Positions 50,962 through 63,361 of a stretch of 64,000 nucleotides of DNA are shown piece after piece. Both the position numbers and the translations under genes were made by a program. Within the stretch, counting starts at the first letter, position 1. Each line of letters opens with the position of its first letter. This DNA comes from Macrostomum lignano (lineage: Eukaryota). Under the pieces are notes generated by a model. The model had not been told where the DNA came from. It did not search any database and saw nothing but the letters and a program-made list of their open reading frames with translations. The stretch spans positions 4,374 through 68,373 of the forward strand of contig NIVC01002042.1 of assembly GCA_002269645.1 (NCBI GenBank). The letters are read 5' to 3'.

Positions 50962-51082
50962 ATGGCGAACACCTGGGGTCGACTGCAGCTCGCACCGATG
51001 CTGGTGCTGCTGACGCTGTTGCTGCTGACGCCGGCGCACCTCATGCTGGCACCCGATGCCGACAGGCTGCCCGAGGAGGCGC
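50962..51082 (+). CDS. Orphan first exon encoding a probable signal peptide; downstream exons not identified
   Basis: ATG at 50962 encodes MANTWGRLQLAPMLVLLTLLLLTPAHLMLAPDADRLPEEA. It has a basic n-region and a Leu-rich h-region, GC-rich codons and a perfect phase-1 donor C|GTAAGT. Confidence 0.55.
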
Positions 51083-51139
51083 GTAAGTATTTCATCTTTT
51101 GGGGCTCAAAACACAGATTCAGAGGAATGATGAAGAAGG

Positions 51140-51968
51140 CTGAGAGGCAGATTCAGTGACAGAAGAGTCAAAGCTAAGAGGCAGATTCAGTGACAGAAGA
51201 GTCAAAGCTAAGAGGCAGATTCAGTGACAGAAGAATCAAAGCTGAGAGGTGCAGATTCAGTGACAGAAGAGTCAAAGCTAAGAGGCAGATTCAGTGACAG
51301 AAGAATCAAAGCTGAAAGGCAGATTCAGTGACAGAAGAGTCAAAGCTGAGAGACAGATTCAGTGACAGAAGAATCAAAGCTAAGAGGCAGATTCAGTGAC
51401 AGAAGAATCAAAGCTGAGAGGCGCAGATTCAGTGACAGAAGAATCAAAGCTGAGAGGCAGATTCAGTGACAGAAGAATCAAAGCTGAAAGGCAGATTCAG
51501 TGACAGAAGAGTCAAAGCTAAGAGGCAGATTCAGTGACAGAAGAGTCAAAGCTAAGAGACAGATTCAGTGACAGAAGAGTCAAAGCTAAGAGGCAGATTC
51601 AGTGACAGAAGAATCAAAGCTGAGAGGTGCAGATTCAGTGACAGAAGAGTCAAAGCTAAGAGGCAGATTCAGTGACAGAAGAATCAAAGCTGAAAGGCAG
51701 ATTCAGTGACAGAAGAGTCAAAGCTGAGAGACAGATTCAGTGACAGAAGAATCAAAGCTAAGAGGCAGATTCAGTGACAGAAGAATCAAAGCTGAGAGGC
51801 GCAGATTCAGTGACAGAAGAATCAAAGCTGAGAGGCAGATTCAGTGACAGAAGAATCAAAGCTAAGAGGCAGATTCAGTGACAGAAGAGTCAAAGCTGAG
51901 AGGCAGATTCAGTGACAGAAGAATCAAAGCTGAGAGGCAGGTTCAGTGACAGAAGAGTCAAAGCTGAG
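51140..51968. repeat. 34-bp minisatellite (continued at 52369-52816 in the duplicated copy)
   Basis: Unit GCAGATTCAGTGACAGAAGA(A/G)TCAAAGCT(G/A)AGAG, starting about 60 nt after the 51082 donor. Confidence 0.95.
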
Positions 51969-53216
51969 CTCAGCTGGCTGTTGGAAACGCAAGCGGCCCA
52001 GACTGAGCCATCTAAAGCCTGCACTGTATACAGGCTAATATGCATGTAGGATACGGCATTTCTCTCGCCCGGCGTGAGCATAAAACTTTCATTAACACCG
52101 AATAGTTAATTAATTTCTCCGCCCTCCACCCGTCCTCCCCTCTCCGCCACGCGGGTAGCCGAAGCAGCAGAAGCAGCAAGCAGCAAAATCGAAAGCAGAA
52201 GCCTGTGAAAAAGGCGAACCAAGCAAGCCCTGCTAACCCTTTCTGAATTGAAAACCTCGGTGGTAGGTCCGATGCTGCTCAGACCCGATACAGCCAATAA
52301 ATATATTTTAGAACCTCGGCTATTCTAAAATTTAAGAAATTTAAGCATCTGCTTAAGTCGTGAAACTGAGAGAGGCAGATTCAGTGACAGAAGAGTCAAA
52401 GCTGAGGCAGATTCAGTGACAGAAGAATCAAAGCTGAGAGGCAGATTCAGTGACAGAAGAATCAAAGCTGAGAGGCGCAGATTCAGTGACAGAAGAATCA
52501 AAGCTGAGAGGCAGATTCAGTGACAGAAGAATCAAAGCTGAAAGGCAGATTCAGTGACAGAAGAGTCAAAGCTGAGAGACAGATTCAGTGACAGAAGAAT
52601 CAAAGCTAAGAGGCAGATTCAGTGACAGAAGAATCAAAGCTGAGAGGCGCAGATTCAGTGACAGAAGAATCAAAGCTGAGAGGCAGATTCAGTGACAGAA
52701 GAATCAAAGCTAAGAGGCAGATTCAGTGACAGAAGAGTCAAAGCTGAGAGGCAGATTCAGTGACAGAAGAATCAAAGCTGAGAGGCAGGTTCAGTGACAG
52801 AAGAGTCAAAGCTGAGCTCAGCTGGCTGTTGGAAACGCAAGCGGCCCAGACTGAGCCATCTAAAGCCTGCACTGTATACAGGCTAATATGCATGTAGGAT
52901 ACGGCATTTCTCTCGCCCGGCGTGAGCATAAAACTTTCATTAACACCGAATAGTTAATTAATTTCTCCGCCCTCCACCCGTCCTCCCCTCTCCGCCACGC
53001 GGGTAGCCGAAGCAGCAGAAGCAGCAAGCAGCAAAATCGAAAGCAGAAGCCTGTGAAAAAGGCGAACCAAGCAAGCCCTGCTAACCCTTTCTGAATTGAA
53101 AACCTCGGTGGTAGGTCCGATGCTGCTCAGACCCGATACAGCCAATAAATATATTTTAGAACCTCGGCTATTCTAAAATTTAAGAAATTTAAGCATCTGC
53201 TTAAGTCGTGAAACTG
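51521..53216 (+). repeat. 848-bp direct tandem duplication (minisatellite block plus about 400 bp unique sequence)
   Basis: About 51970-52368 recurs at about 52818-53216. ORF pairs 51890/52738 and 52106/52954 have identical translations at an offset of 848. Confidence 0.9.
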
Positions 53217-53429
53217 AGAATTTGCCCTCTGGCGTGCTTTCGATTCTGCGGTGAGAGGCGCGCAGTAACTTAAGAGGGGGGGGGGGGCTGCGAGTCGAAT
53301 ACCACAAACCAAGCAAATTAAAAGTACTGATTTCGAGTCTTCCAGACGGATTTTTTGTAGAATGCATCGGCACCTAATTGGGCCTTTTCTTTAGTGAAGG
53401 CTGCATAAGCGCGCACTGCTATAGGCGTA

Positions 53430-53806
53430 CCAAAAACTGGGCGCTTAAGGGGGACTCTACCAAAAACTGGGCGCTTAAGGGGGACTCTACCAAAAACTGG
53501 GCGCTTAAGGGGGACTCTACCAAAAACTGGGCGCTTAAGGGGGACTCTACCAAAAACTGGGCGCTTAAGGGGACTCTACCAAAAACTGGGCGCTTAAGGG
53601 GGACTCTACCAAAAACTGGGCGCTTAAGGGGGACTCTACCAAAAACTGGGCGCTTAAGGGGGACTCTACCAAAAACTGGGCGCTTAAGGGGGACTCTACC
53701 AAAAACTGGGCGCTTAAGGGGGACTCTACCAAAAACTGGGCGCTTAAGGGGGACTCTACCAAAAACTGGGCGCTTAAGGGGGACTTTACCAAAAACTGGG
53801 CGCTTA
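53430..53806. repeat. 30-bp minisatellite (about 12 copies)
   Basis: Unit CCAAAAACTGGGCGCTTAAGGGGGACTCTA. Confidence 0.97.
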
Positions 53807-54204
53807 TTCGATGCGCGCTAACGATAGCATCCGTTTTTCTACAGGCTACCATTCGAACGGAGAAAGTTCCTTGAGAAATCTCCCGTTTAAAAAAAAACAG
53901 CATTGCAGAGATGGGGTTGAGCTTAAATTCAGGATTTCTGCCGCCTTGATTTTCGGCAGTGGCCCCAACTTACTAACTGACTAATATCTAAATAATCCGG
54001 TTGACAGCCAGTTTTGATTGATGGACGCTGGCCCAGCTAGTTATTGATAATATAATCGGTTTTAATTTAAGTAATGCGTTTGACTATGGTTAAATATTTA
54101 AATATGGCTTTTCATTGAGTCTAAATTCCCACAATATTTGAAATCTCCAAATTTTCCAATTCACAAGTGTGTTTACATTCCCAAAAAGTTCACGTTTCCA
54201 AGTT

Positions 54205-55140
54205 ATCACATTCCCAAGTGTTCACATTCCCCAAGTGTTCACATTCCCAAGTGTTCACATTTCCCAAGTATTCGCATTCCCAAGTGTTCACATTCCCAAG
54301 TGTTCACATTCCCCAAGTGTTCACATTCCCCAAGTGTTCACATTCCCCAAGTGTTCACATTCCCCAAGTGTTCACATTCCCAAGTGTTCACATTTCCCAA
54401 GTATTCGCATTCCCAAGTGTTCACATTCCCAAGTGTTCACATTTCACAAGTATTCGCATTCCCAAGTGTTCACATTCCCCAAGTGTTCACATTCCCAAGT
54501 GTTCACATTTCCCAAGTATTCGCATTCCCAAGTGTTCACATTCCCAAGTGTTCACATTCCCCAAGTGTTCACATTCCCAAGTGTTCACATTCCCCAAGTG
54601 TTCACATTCCCCAAGTGTTCACATTCCCCAAGTGTTCACATTCCCAAGTGTTCACATTCCCCAAGTGTTCACATTCCCCAAGTGTTCACATTCACAAGTG
54701 TTCACATTCCCAAGTGTTCACATTCCCAAGTGTTCACATTCCCCAAGTGTTCACATTCCATAAGTGTTCACATTCCCAAGTGTTCACATTCCCCAAGTGT
54801 TCACATTCCCCAAGTGTTCACATTCCATAAGTGTTCACATTCCCAAGTGTTCACATTCCCCAAGTGTTCACATTCCATAAGTGTTCACATTCCCAAGTGT
54901 TCACATTCCCAAGTGTTCACATTCCCCAAGTGTTCACATTCCCCAAGTGTTCACATTCCCCAAGTGTTCGCATTCCATAAGTGTTCACATTCCCAAGTGT
55001 TCACATTCCCAAGTGTTCGCATTCCCAAGTGTTCACATTCCCAAGTGTTCGCATTCCCCAAGTGTTCACATTCCCAAGTGTTCACATTCCCAAGTGTTCA
55101 CATTCCCCAAGTGTTCACATTCCCTAGTGTTCGCATTCCC
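54205..55140. repeat. 16-17-bp minisatellite
   Basis: Unit CCAAGTGTTCACATTC(C). Confidence 0.95.
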
Positions 55141-56437
55141 CAGGTATCCACATTTTTCAAGTTTTCGATCACATTCCTCAAGTAATCAAATTCGCGGATT
55201 TTTTTAATTACCTTGCATTTCTAATTCTCTGAAAGACGGTTGAGAATAAAATTTGAGGTGCAAGCTGCTATGAGGAATGGATCAGCTTTTTGACAGCCTG
55301 AGCCAAAAGCCTCCAGACTCCACAGGCTGCCCCAGGCTCTCAGTTTCACCACCCCGCGGGGCTACATGACGATGAGGTTTAAATTTTTAACTGGAGAAAA
55401 AGAGACGAGGCTGCATGCTTCATCAACACCTGACGAGGCGCACCAGACACTGTCACAAATATTTCATTTCGTTTTTGACTGCGGCCGCGGGGCTGCAGTG
55501 CCGTGAAGGGGCTGCTTGAGAAAAGTAAAAGGGAGTTGGTAGGGGGGGGGGAGAAGAGAATTGAGGCAGCTCAGCACGCCCGCTGGGAAAGGCCCTCGGC
55601 TTCTCCTGCTTCTTAGCAGCAGCAGCAGCAGCAGCAGCAGCAAAGTGAAGAAACAAAAAGTGGCGGCAAGACAAAAAGTTGTCGCGGCAGGAAAATCGAA
55701 GCCGCTTGCAGGAGAATTGAGAAGGGAGAGGTTTAAACCTCTGCGGCCGTCACCTGAATGTCTGCAGGAAATTCACACCCCGACACTTGACTGCTTCTAG
55801 GAGGCGCTTTCTGCTGCTTCCCGGCTGTAACTTTTAATTCCCACCTGGCCCCCCTCCCGGCTCTGAGGGGTCCTGTGTTTCACTTCTCTCTTCCTAACCT
55901 TCTCCCCCCAACCTTAACCAGTTTTTCATCTCTTCTAGAGGGAGTTTTTTCTGCCAGAAAAAAGTTGTCCAGTCTGTTTCCCCAGCCTCGTGGCCAAGGA
56001 GTTGATAGCCCGGCTGACCTGACAAGGTGGCCAAATTCTTTTTTGTTTTGTTCGTCTTGCTCCAAAAAAGCAGTTTTAACGGATCTGCTGGAGCTCCTGG
56101 CCTCATCCGGGATTTCCGTGACTCATCTTTCTTCTGCTTTTTAACTCCAGTTTTCTTCTTTCTGTAGAGAATTCTTCTGGGAGCAGCAGCGGTCGGCTGC
56201 AGGGTCGCCTTGGAGAAATTCTGGTTTGAGCCCCTCGGATTGAGTTTATCGGGCCTCAGCCATCTCTGCCTGGCGTCTCTTCCAGCTTGCCTTGTCAGAT
56301 TTCTGAGTTCCCGATTTCCCTGAAAGATCTTTCTCTGTATTTCCTTTGCTCTCGTTCTCTTTCGCGTCGTTTCTAAGAAAAGTTGCGCTACTTCTTCGGC
56401 GTGGGGTTAATTTTTTGGGCGCCTCACTGGGAGCACC

Positions 56438-56580
56438 AGCTGACGGCGCAGCACAGGTGGCGCCACACTGAGGGCGCAGCACAGGTGGCGCCACACTGAG
56501 TGCGGCACACTGAGGGCGCAGCACAGGTAGCGCCACACTGAGAGCGCAGCACAGGTGGCGCCACACTGAGGGCGCCACAC
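56438..56580. repeat. Short approximately 28-bp tandem repeat
   Basis: GCGCCACACTGAGGGCGCAGCACAGGTG and variants. Confidence 0.8.
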
Positions 56581-56602
56581 AGGATCAGGTCTTTGAACAG
56601 AG

Positions 56603-56780
56603 AATGTTGAATTTAAGAGTCAAAATGGAGCCTGAAGCATTGGGTCCCGGTTTCTCTACGCCAATCCCCTTCATTTGGAGCTTCAAATGCTTGAAAGACG
56701 AGATTTTATATGTTGGTATGGCTTAGAGAAATCGGGACCGAATGTTTCGGGCTCCATTTTGACTCTTCAGTTCACATCCT
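56603..56780. repeat. Imperfect inverted repeat (hairpin or MITE remnant)
   Basis: AAGAGTCAAAATGGAGCC..GGTCCCGGTTTCTCTA (56615-56658) pairs with TAGAGAAATCGGGACC..GGCTCCATTTTGACTCTT (56724-56767). Confidence 0.7.
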
Positions 56781-57435
56781 CTTTGTATAAGCTTCATTGA
56801 TAGATAAAGGCAAACCATAAAAAAGCTTAAAAACCTAAATTCAACATCTTCAACATACTACTTGTTTAGTCGTCCAAGTAGCCAGTAGAAACTTTTTTCT
56901 CTATACCTACCTAGTAAGTTAAATTACAGAATGAAGACAAATTTGCTGTTCTCAGCTACACAATCAGATAAATGGCGCCAGCTGCAGTGGAGCTGGTTAC
57001 AATTTGTTTCTGCAGCCAGACCGGAGTCGCAATATTTTCAAGCTGAATCAAATCGAGCGTGCAATTCTTGCCCCTAGAAAGACTCCGTGGAGCTGTCAGT
57101 CTCTGGTGGGATAAAGGCCACGTGGTGCGGTATCGGGACCGATTTTTATATCACTGAGGCATGCAAATCTTCTGTCTTAGTCAGTGCACGTACCATGGAG
57201 AGTAAGTTTCCTTTGTTAGGCGAGTAGCTGCAGTGGAGTGTGTATATTTTTTGGTGAGACAAATGCAATTGGAGCAAAATTACTTCCACTGCTTCAGTTT
57301 TTTGAAAGCACTGAACTGACTACAGTAGAAATTAAAACAAAGAACTCAGTTCAATAAGTCATACCTGTTCTTGTCAAATTGTTTGTGACAGTAACAGGTA
57401 ACAGGATTAATTACCAAACTTCACAGTTTTTTAGG

Positions 57436-57805
57436 AGCGCCAAAATCTGTGCTAAGATTGGCGCCAAAGTCAGTGTTAAGATTGGCGCCAAAATCTGTGC
57501 TAAGATTGGCACCAAAGTCAGTGCTAAGATTGGCGCCAAAATCTGTGCTAAGATTGGCACCAAAGTCAGTGCTAAGATTGGCGCCAAAATCAGTGCTAAG
57601 AAGGGCGCCAAAATCAGTGCTAAGATTGGCGCCAAAATCAGTGCTAAGATTGGCGCCAAAATCAGTGCTACGAGCGTACGATTGGCGCCAAAATCAGTGC
57701 TACGAGCGTACGATTGGCGCCAAAATCAGTGCTAAGATTGGCACCAAAGTCAGTGCTAAGATTGGCGCCAAAGTCAGTGCTAAGAAGGGCGCCAAAATCA
57801 GTGCC
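57436..57805. repeat. 24-bp minisatellite
   Basis: Unit GGCGCCAAAATC(A/T)GTGCTAAGATT. Confidence 0.92.
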
Positions 57806-58554
57806 TCAAATCATCTCATTTGGATTTTAAGAATCAGGCTGTCATGGAATAGCTTGTATATTTTAAATTTTTACAAGCGCGTAAGATCGAGGATATTGAA
57901 CTGCTCTGCTAGCACAGAGATTTTCTATAATTGTCTTTGTCCAGCTGCAACAAAGACGCCACGCGGTGCGCCCTTTGAAGCTGGCCCTCCAAACGGCTAC
58001 TTAAGAAAGTGAGCCTCCAAAAGCCCTAAAAAGCTTGGCCCTGCCAACTGGTGAGTTGCATAATCCACCCGCCTGACCCTCAGCGGGTGGTGGCGGCGTG
58101 TCCCAATATCTAAACTGGTAAGCCGGCCCGCCCAGTGTGACGTCATCAACTGGAGGTCCATCTGGGGGCTCTATGATGATGATGATGATGATAATGGGCT
58201 CGTGTTTGCCCACCGCCATCCCACCAACAGCCAGGCTTAACAACCCCCTCCCTTTCTCCGGAGAGAAAGTCAAGACTGCAGGAAGCGCTATGCGAATTTA
58301 ATTTAATCCCCTCCATCTCCCCAATGACTCGTCTTCCTTCTGGTCTTTGTTTGACTGTGTGCATGGCTGTGTGTTTGACTGGGTTGTCAGGCCCCCCCCC
58401 AGCGACCGAACTCCCTCTGACAGCAGCAGGAAGTCTGCATAATTGACGCACAACGCAGGAAATCGCTTTAGTTGAAGCAGATAGCAAAACTTCAGATTCA
58501 TCACCTGACTTTCCGGCCCGGTCTTGCTTTCAGACCTTGTGTCTGACTCTCAAC

Positions 58555-59420
58555 ATGACTCTCACCATGTCTCTATGGCTCTCACCATGTATATGACTCT
58601 CACCATGTCTATGACTCTCACCATGTCTATGACTCTCACCATGTCTATGACTCCCACCATGTCTATGACTTTCACCATGTCTATGACTCCCACCATGTCT
58701 ATGACTCTCACCATGTCTATGACTCTCACCATGTCTATGACTCTCACCATGTCTATGACTCTCACCATGTCTATGACTCCCACCATGTCTATGACTCTCA
58801 CCATGTCTCTGACTCTCACCATGTCTATGACTCCCACCATGTCTATGACTTTCACCATGTCTATGACTCCCACCATGTCTATGACTCTCACCATGTCTAT
58901 GACTCTCACCATGTCTATGACTCTCACCATGTCTATGACTCTCACCATGTCTATGACTCTCACCATGTCTATGACTCTGACCATGTCTCTATGACTCCCA
59001 CCATGTCTATGACTTTCACCATGTCTATGACTCCCACCATGTCTATGACTCTCACCATGTCTATGACTCTCACCATGTCTATGACTCTCACCATGTCTGT
59101 GGCTCTCACCATGTCTATGACTTTCAAAATGTCTATGACTCTCACCATTTCTATGACTCTCACCATGTCTATGACTCTCACCATGTCTATGACTCTCACC
59201 ATGTCTATGACTCTCACATGTCTGTGGCTCTCACCATGTCTGTGGCTCTCACCATGTCTGTGGCTCTCACCATGTCTATGACTTTCAAAATGTCTATGAC
59301 TCTCACCATTTCTATGACTCTCATCACCATATCTATGACTGTCACCATGTCTGTGGCTCTCACCATGTCTATGACTTTCAAAATGTCTATGACTCTCACC
59401 ATGTCTATGACTCTTACCGT
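58555..59420. repeat. 18-bp minisatellite
   Basis: Unit CTCACCATGTCTATGACT. Confidence 0.95.
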
Positions 59421-59679
59421 GTCTCTGAAGCGGCAGGAAGTCTGCATAATTGACACGCGCGCACATAGAAGAGGTAACTAAAAAACTTAAGTTTCGCAAC
59501 CCGACTTTCCGGCCCGGTAAGAGGCCCCGCATTTCTGCCGGTAAAGCAATTATTCAATTAACCGTAGAAAGGTAAAACCTGGCGCAGACAGACGGGCGTC
59601 AGAGTAGAGGCTGAAAGCTACGAACTCGTAACTTACAAGCTTTCACGTGATCCTGTTGTCGGCATTAAAATCTCCTGAC

Positions 59680-60570
59680 AATCTCTCCTTGAGAATCTGT
59701 CCTTTGAGAATCTGTCCACTGAAAATCTCTTCCCTGAGAATCTCTTCCCTGAAAATCTTTCGCCTGAGAAGCTCTTCCCTGAGAATCTCTCCCCTAGATT
59801 CTGTCACCTAAGAATCTCTCCCCAAGGAATCTCTCCCCAAGGAATCTCTCCCCAAGGAATCTCTCCCCAAGGAATCTCTCCCCAAGGAATCTCTCCCCAA
59901 GGAATCTCTCCCCAAGGAATCTCTCCCCAAGGAATCTCTCCCAAGGAATCTCTCCCCAAGGAATCTCTCCCCAAGGAATCTCTCCCCAAGGAATCTCTCC
60001 CCAAGGAATCTCTCCCCAAGGAATCTCTCCCCAAGGAATCTCTCCCCTGAGAATCCCGAGAATCTCTCCCCAGGGAATCTCTCCCCAGGGAATCTCTCCC
60101 CAGGGAATCTCTCCCCAGGGAATCTCTCCCCAGGGAATCTCTCCCCAGGGAATCTCTCCCCAGGGAATCTCTCCCCAGGGAATCTCTCCCCAGGGAATCT
60201 CTCCCCAGGGAATCTCTCCCCAGGGAATCTCTCCCCAGGGAATCTCTCCCCAGGGAATCTCTCCCCAGGGAATCTCTCCCCGGGGAATCTCTCCCCAGGG
60301 AATCTCTCCCCGGGGAATCTCTCCCCAGGGAATCTCTCCCCAGGGAATCTCTCCCCAGGGAATCTCTCCCCAGGGAATCTCTCCCCAGGGAATCTCTCCT
60401 CTGAGAATTCTGAGAATCTCTCCCCAGGGAATCTCTCCTCTGAGAATTCTGAGAATCTCTCCCCAGAGATTCTTTCCCCAGAGAATCTCTCCCCAGAGAT
60501 TCTTTCCCCAGAGAATCTCTCCCCAGAGATTCTTTCCCCAGAGAATCTCTCCTCTGAGAATCTCTACCCT
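59680..60570. repeat. 15-bp minisatellite with ordered variant blocks
   Basis: GAATCTCTCCCCAAG block, then GAATCTCTCCCCAGG block, then degenerate GAGAATCTCT/GAGATTCTTT units. Confidence 0.95.
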
Positions 60571-62404
60571 TACAGCCACATTAGAATCTCACTCCTCTTA
60601 GAATTCTCACTCTCATGGAATGTCTGGCTTCAGAATCCCACCCTTCAGAAACTCTCTTATCAGAATCTTAATCCCCATAATTCTACCCTAGCATTTTAGG
60701 CGAAACATTTCATAAATTAGTCAGAAAAGACAATTTTGCACTCTCGAACAGACCAGCCAGAATCTTCTTCAGCCCGGGAGCAGAAATCAATACCACCAAT
60801 GCCAATTCCCTTAGCGTACTAAAACAGTCAAATAGGATTTATGGAAGTTCTTTTAGAAGACAGCAAGCAAGGCAAAAAAGCGAGTTTTTTACTCTTTTTG
60901 CCGGCTGTTCGTTGCTTTAGTGTGGAAGTCATATTTCCCCACAGAAATTTTCTACTAGAAGCAGCAGACTTTAGAAAAATTTAAGCAAGGGAGGGGATTA
61001 GAAAATTATGCAAAACAGGCAAAAGTTGCAGCTTGTGAAGACGCCAAAAATTGGATTGAAAAAGAGAGAGAGAGAGAGAGAGAGGGGGGAGATTAAACGC
61101 TTAAAGGTTGCAGGCAGGAGGCTGTCTGGATACTGTGGCAGCTGGGCTGATCAAATCGCAGACCAATACTGAGCTGACGGCGCAATTAGCCATTCTGGGT
61201 GAGACGGCGGAGCCGATAAAGATTTCGAAGAAACCGGCAGAACGAAGGTAACTTTACTCGTCCGATCGGGGAGAATACGCGATGAGGTGGCGGGGTCTCC
61301 AATGTAAAGAATTGCCCTAGCGCTAGGGAGTGAATGAGTCACAGGGCTGAGGAGATTAAGGGGGGTCGGAGAGTGAGGAAGGCGGAGTAGGGATGGAGGG
61401 TCGGGCCCAGCTTCCCTCCCAACCAGCTCCCGGCCGAATTGAAATCCCAATGGGGATTCCGGCTTTTTTGGGGGAGAATGATCACGAGGATCCAAGCGGA
61501 AAGCGGTTTCACTCCCTCTCTCTCTCTCTCCCTCCACTTCACGATAACGAGCAGCAGTAAAAAGTTGAAGGGTGGGTGGGCGGAGGTGAGAGCATGATAG
61601 AGTGAAGTCGGGAGAAGAAAGGGGGACTCGGCAGCAGAATAGCTGAAGTCAAAACCGCGAAAAACGAGTCCAACTCCGCAGATCCGTGTCTGCAGCTCTT
61701 TGTTCTGCGACTGCATGGCATCGCGCAGAGAGCCAGAAGCAGAAATTACTGCTCACACAGTTTTGTAAAAAGCTGAGAACGCATCTATTGCTTCACAGAT
61801 TTGACCGACCCGGGTCTCGCACCGCTGCCCGTTATGCAGTAGCTTCATCGATTTGAGCTGCTGCTGGGCTGAGAGGGGGGTAGGGCAGGTCGGGGCTTCT
61901 TACCTGTCAGTCACTCCTGCAGCTGGTATTTGTCCATGCCTGAAGTCCGGTCAGGTGAGAAGAGAGCTGACTGTGGACTGCAAGAGTTGAGTTCAGCTGC
62001 GAGAAGCAAAACTGTAACCCTCTCTTAAGCCCTTCTGGGCTCAGCGATAATTGGCTTCCTTTCTCGCCAGTTCATAGAGCGAGGCGCTATTGTGGCCCGT
62101 GAGGTCTCTGGGGACTTCACTCGAGTGAAAGCGAATGGGGCCACTTACTTACACTGTACTCGCTGCTGTAGAGGCGATAATAGATAGACACCAATAATAG
62201 ACTATAAAATCTGTCTGGGAAGGCGTGGCGAATTGTGTTTGGTTTCTATTTAAAACTATTTTTGTCTGTGAGAGGCTTGCTTTACTGCCTTCAATTACGA
62301 GTACATTTTTATACAAGATCTGGTTGCTAAGTGCATTTTGCTTATACAAAGTATTGGTTGTGTAAGATGTACCAGCAGCAATGTATAGCTTTTTTCTCAG
62401 AGAT

Positions 62405-63245
62405 TGAGAGAGGGAGAGACTGAGAGAAGACGGAGACTGAGAGAGGACAAAGACTGAGAGAGAGGACAAAGACTGAGAGAGAGGACAAAGACTGAGAGAG
62501 AGGGCAGACTGAGAGAGAGGGTAGAGACTGAGAGAGGGCAGAGACCGGGGAGGACAGAGACTGAGAGAGGGCAGAGACTGAGAGAAAGAGGACAGAGACT
62601 GAGAGAGGGCAGAGACTGAGAGAGGGCAGAGACTGAGAGAAAGAGGACAGAGACTGAGAGAGGGCAGAGACTGAGAGAGGGCAGAGACTGAGAGAGAGAG
62701 GACAGAGACTGAGAGAGAGAGGACAGAGACTGAGAGAGGGCAGAGACTGAGAGAGGACAGAGACTGAGAGAGAGAGGACAGAGACTGAGAGAGGGCAGAG
62801 ACTGAGAGAGGACAGAGAGACTGAGAGAGAGAGAGGACAGAGACTGAGAGAGGGGCAGACTGAGAGAGAGGGTAGAGACTGAGAGAGGGCAGAGACCGGG
62901 AGAGGGTAGAGACTGAGAGAGGGCAGAGACTGAGAGAGAGAGGACAGAGACTGAGAGAGGGCAGAGACTGAGAGAGAGGGCAGAGACTGAGAGAGAGGGC
63001 AGAGACTGAGAGAGAGCAGACTGAGAGAGAGGGCAGAGACTGCGAGAGGGCAGAGACTGAGAGAGAGGCAGAGACTGAGAGAGAGGGCAGAGACTGAGAG
63101 AGAGGGCAGAGACTGAGAGAGAGGGCAGAGACTGAGAGAGAGGGCAGAGACTGAGAGAGAGGGCAGAGACTGCGAGCGAGGCAGAGACGACCGGGATAGG
63201 TCAGAGACCGAAAAGAGACACAGAGATGGAGAGAGGGCAGAGACT
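62405..63245. repeat. Approximately 17-bp purine-rich minisatellite
   Basis: Unit GAGACTGAGAGAGGGCA and variants. Confidence 0.92.
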
Positions 63246-63310
63246 GAGGAAGGAGGCACACTGGTGGACGCCTGGATATTTGCGAGTCGGGCAGTCGAGC
63301 GGCGCGGATA

Positions 63311-63361
63311 TCAGATTTCGGTGGCCAGGAAGTCACGGAGGACTTCAATATAGAAATCATA
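63311..63361 (-). CDS. Possible terminal exon of a gene lying beyond the right edge
   Basis: Acceptor CTGTCAG| followed by a phase-0 frame YDFYIEVLRDFLATEI-TGA with GC3-rich codons. It is too short to assign. Confidence 0.25.
   Translation of the reverse strand, partial: YDFYIEVLRDFLATEI

Noticed and set aside
55894-56406. Stop-free minus-strand frame of 171 codons, basic, extending upstream of ORF 55894..56106
   Set aside because: There is no upstream ATG or recognisable motif. One or two frames of this length are expected by chance in 64 kb.
61832-61939. Two tiny minus-strand exons (61904-61939 and 61832-61868) separated by a 35-nt intron
   Set aside because: The splice signals are good, but the peptide is short and unrecognisable and cannot be linked to a gene.
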